Assembly (NCBI RefSeq): GCF_057098645.1
Contig: NZ_CM169472.1
Strand: one strand, 5' to 3'
DNA: 64,000 nt
In this document: piece after piece, positions 63,243 through 64,000 of the stretch
How the letters are laid out: each line of letters begins with the position of its first letter
Position numbering within the stretch: position 1 is the first letter of the stretch
Notes under the pieces: generated by a model
Databases searched by the model: none
Told to the model about the DNA's origin: nothing
Seen by the model: the letters and a program-made list of their open reading frames with translations, nothing else
Position numbers and translations under genes: made by a program

Positions 63243-64000
63243 TTACAGCACTGCCACAATCGCTTCGCACAGCGGAGCCATGTTATCTGGTGTCATCCCG
63301 GCCACGTTTACGCGACCAGAAGCAACAGCATACACGCCAAACTCTTCGCGCAGACGCAGCACTTGTTCTTTTGTCAGGCCACTGAAGGAGAACATGCCGT
63401 TCTGTTTGATGATAAAGCTGAAGTCGCGGTTTGCGCCTTTTTCCTGCAGCGTATTGACGAACAACTGACGCATACGCTGAATACGCTGGCGCATATCAGT
63501 CAGCTCTTGTTCCCAAATCGCACGTAACGCATCGTTGCTCAGGATGGTGGCAACAACAGAAGCGCCGTGTGCTGGTGGGTTAGAGTAGTTAGCGCGAATC
63601 GCCGCTTTCATTTGGCTGAATGCGCGATCAACGGTTTCACTGTCGGCAGCAACCAGAGTACAAGCGCCAACACGCTCGTTGTACAGGCCAAAGTTTTTAG
63701 AGTAGGAACTGGCAACAATCAGCTCTTTATGCATAGCCGCGAAAGCGCGCAGTCCTTCAGCATCTTCTTCCAGACCACGGGCAAAACCCTGGTAAGCGAA
63801 GTCAAACAGCGGTAACCAGCCTTTCTCAACGGAGAGTTGTGCCAGTGTCTGCCATTGTTCCAGCGTAGGGTCGATACCGGTTGGGTTGTGGCAGCAGCCA
63901 TGGAACAGCACTACGTCGCCAGCCTGAGCTTCGTTCAGGCTGTTAATCAGTGCATCGAAGTCAAGGGTGTGGTTTTCCGCATCATAATAAGCGTATTCAC
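63243..64000 (-). CDS. aspC: Aspartate aminotransferase (C-terminal ~252 codons; the 5' end lies beyond the window)
   Basis: The frame is open to the window edge. It contains the PLP-lysine motif [15 protein letters not shown] and ends CEAIVAVL*. Confidence 0.96.
   Translation of the reverse strand, partial: EYAYYDAENHTLDFDALINSLNEAQAGDVVLFHGCCHNPTGIDPTLEQWQTLAQLSVEKGWLPLFDFAYQGFARGLEEDAEGLRAFAAMHKELIVASSYSKNFGLYNERVGACTLVAADSETVDRAFSQMKAAIRANYSNPPAHGASVVATILSNDALRAIWEQELTDMRQRIQRMRQLFVNTLQEKGANRDFSFIIKQNGMFSFSGLTKEQVLRLREEFGVYAVASGRVNVAGMTPDNMAPLCEAIVAVL

Overview
The window has two parts. Positions 1-29961 are the right ~30 kb of a P2-like (Peduovirus-type) prophage. Its left end (int/C/cox/B) lies upstream of the window. 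Positions 29962-64000 are ordinary Escherichia coli core chromosome in K-12 order: pflB, focA, ycaO, ycaP, serC, aroA, ycaL, cmk, rpsA, ihfB, ycaI, msbA, lpxK, ycaQ, ycaR, kdsB, ycbJ, elyC, cmoM, mukFEB, ldtD, mepK, gloC and partial aspC.

The prophage keeps the canonical P2 order: A, cos, Q P / O N M L X Y K lysA lysB lysC R S, V W J I H G, FI FII E E' T U D ogr. All three classical P2 variable loci carry cargo:

1. Between A and cos (the old/tin position) sits an AT-rich 440-aa ORF. Its C-terminus has a HEPN-type Rx4H motif (YELRCKFVHG).
2. Between S and V, on the opposite strand, sits an AT-rich 414-aa orphan AAA+/ORC-like ATPase (Walker A GPSKSGKT, Walker B VIFIDDF).
3. Between G and FI sits a Gin/Pin/Cin-type serine invertase. 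It controls a 4.6-kb invertible tail-fibre segment bounded by 26-bp crossover sites at 17922-17947 and 22512-22537.

I consider the two AT-rich cargo genes the best candidates for an undescribed anti-phage or exclusion function. I cannot assign either to a named system from sequence alone.

Other notable points:
- A 2639-bp IS21-family element (istA/istB, 6-bp target duplication CCAGAT) has split the tail-fibre chaperone gene G in the currently expressed orientation.
- The endolysin K ORF runs without a stop into lysA.
- The prophage-host junction falls five codons into pflA. This separates pflA from pflB and from its native upstream region.

I found no tRNA, rRNA or CRISPR array. Identifications rest on my reading of the supplied translations and my memory of P2 and E. 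coli K-12 proteins. No database search was run.
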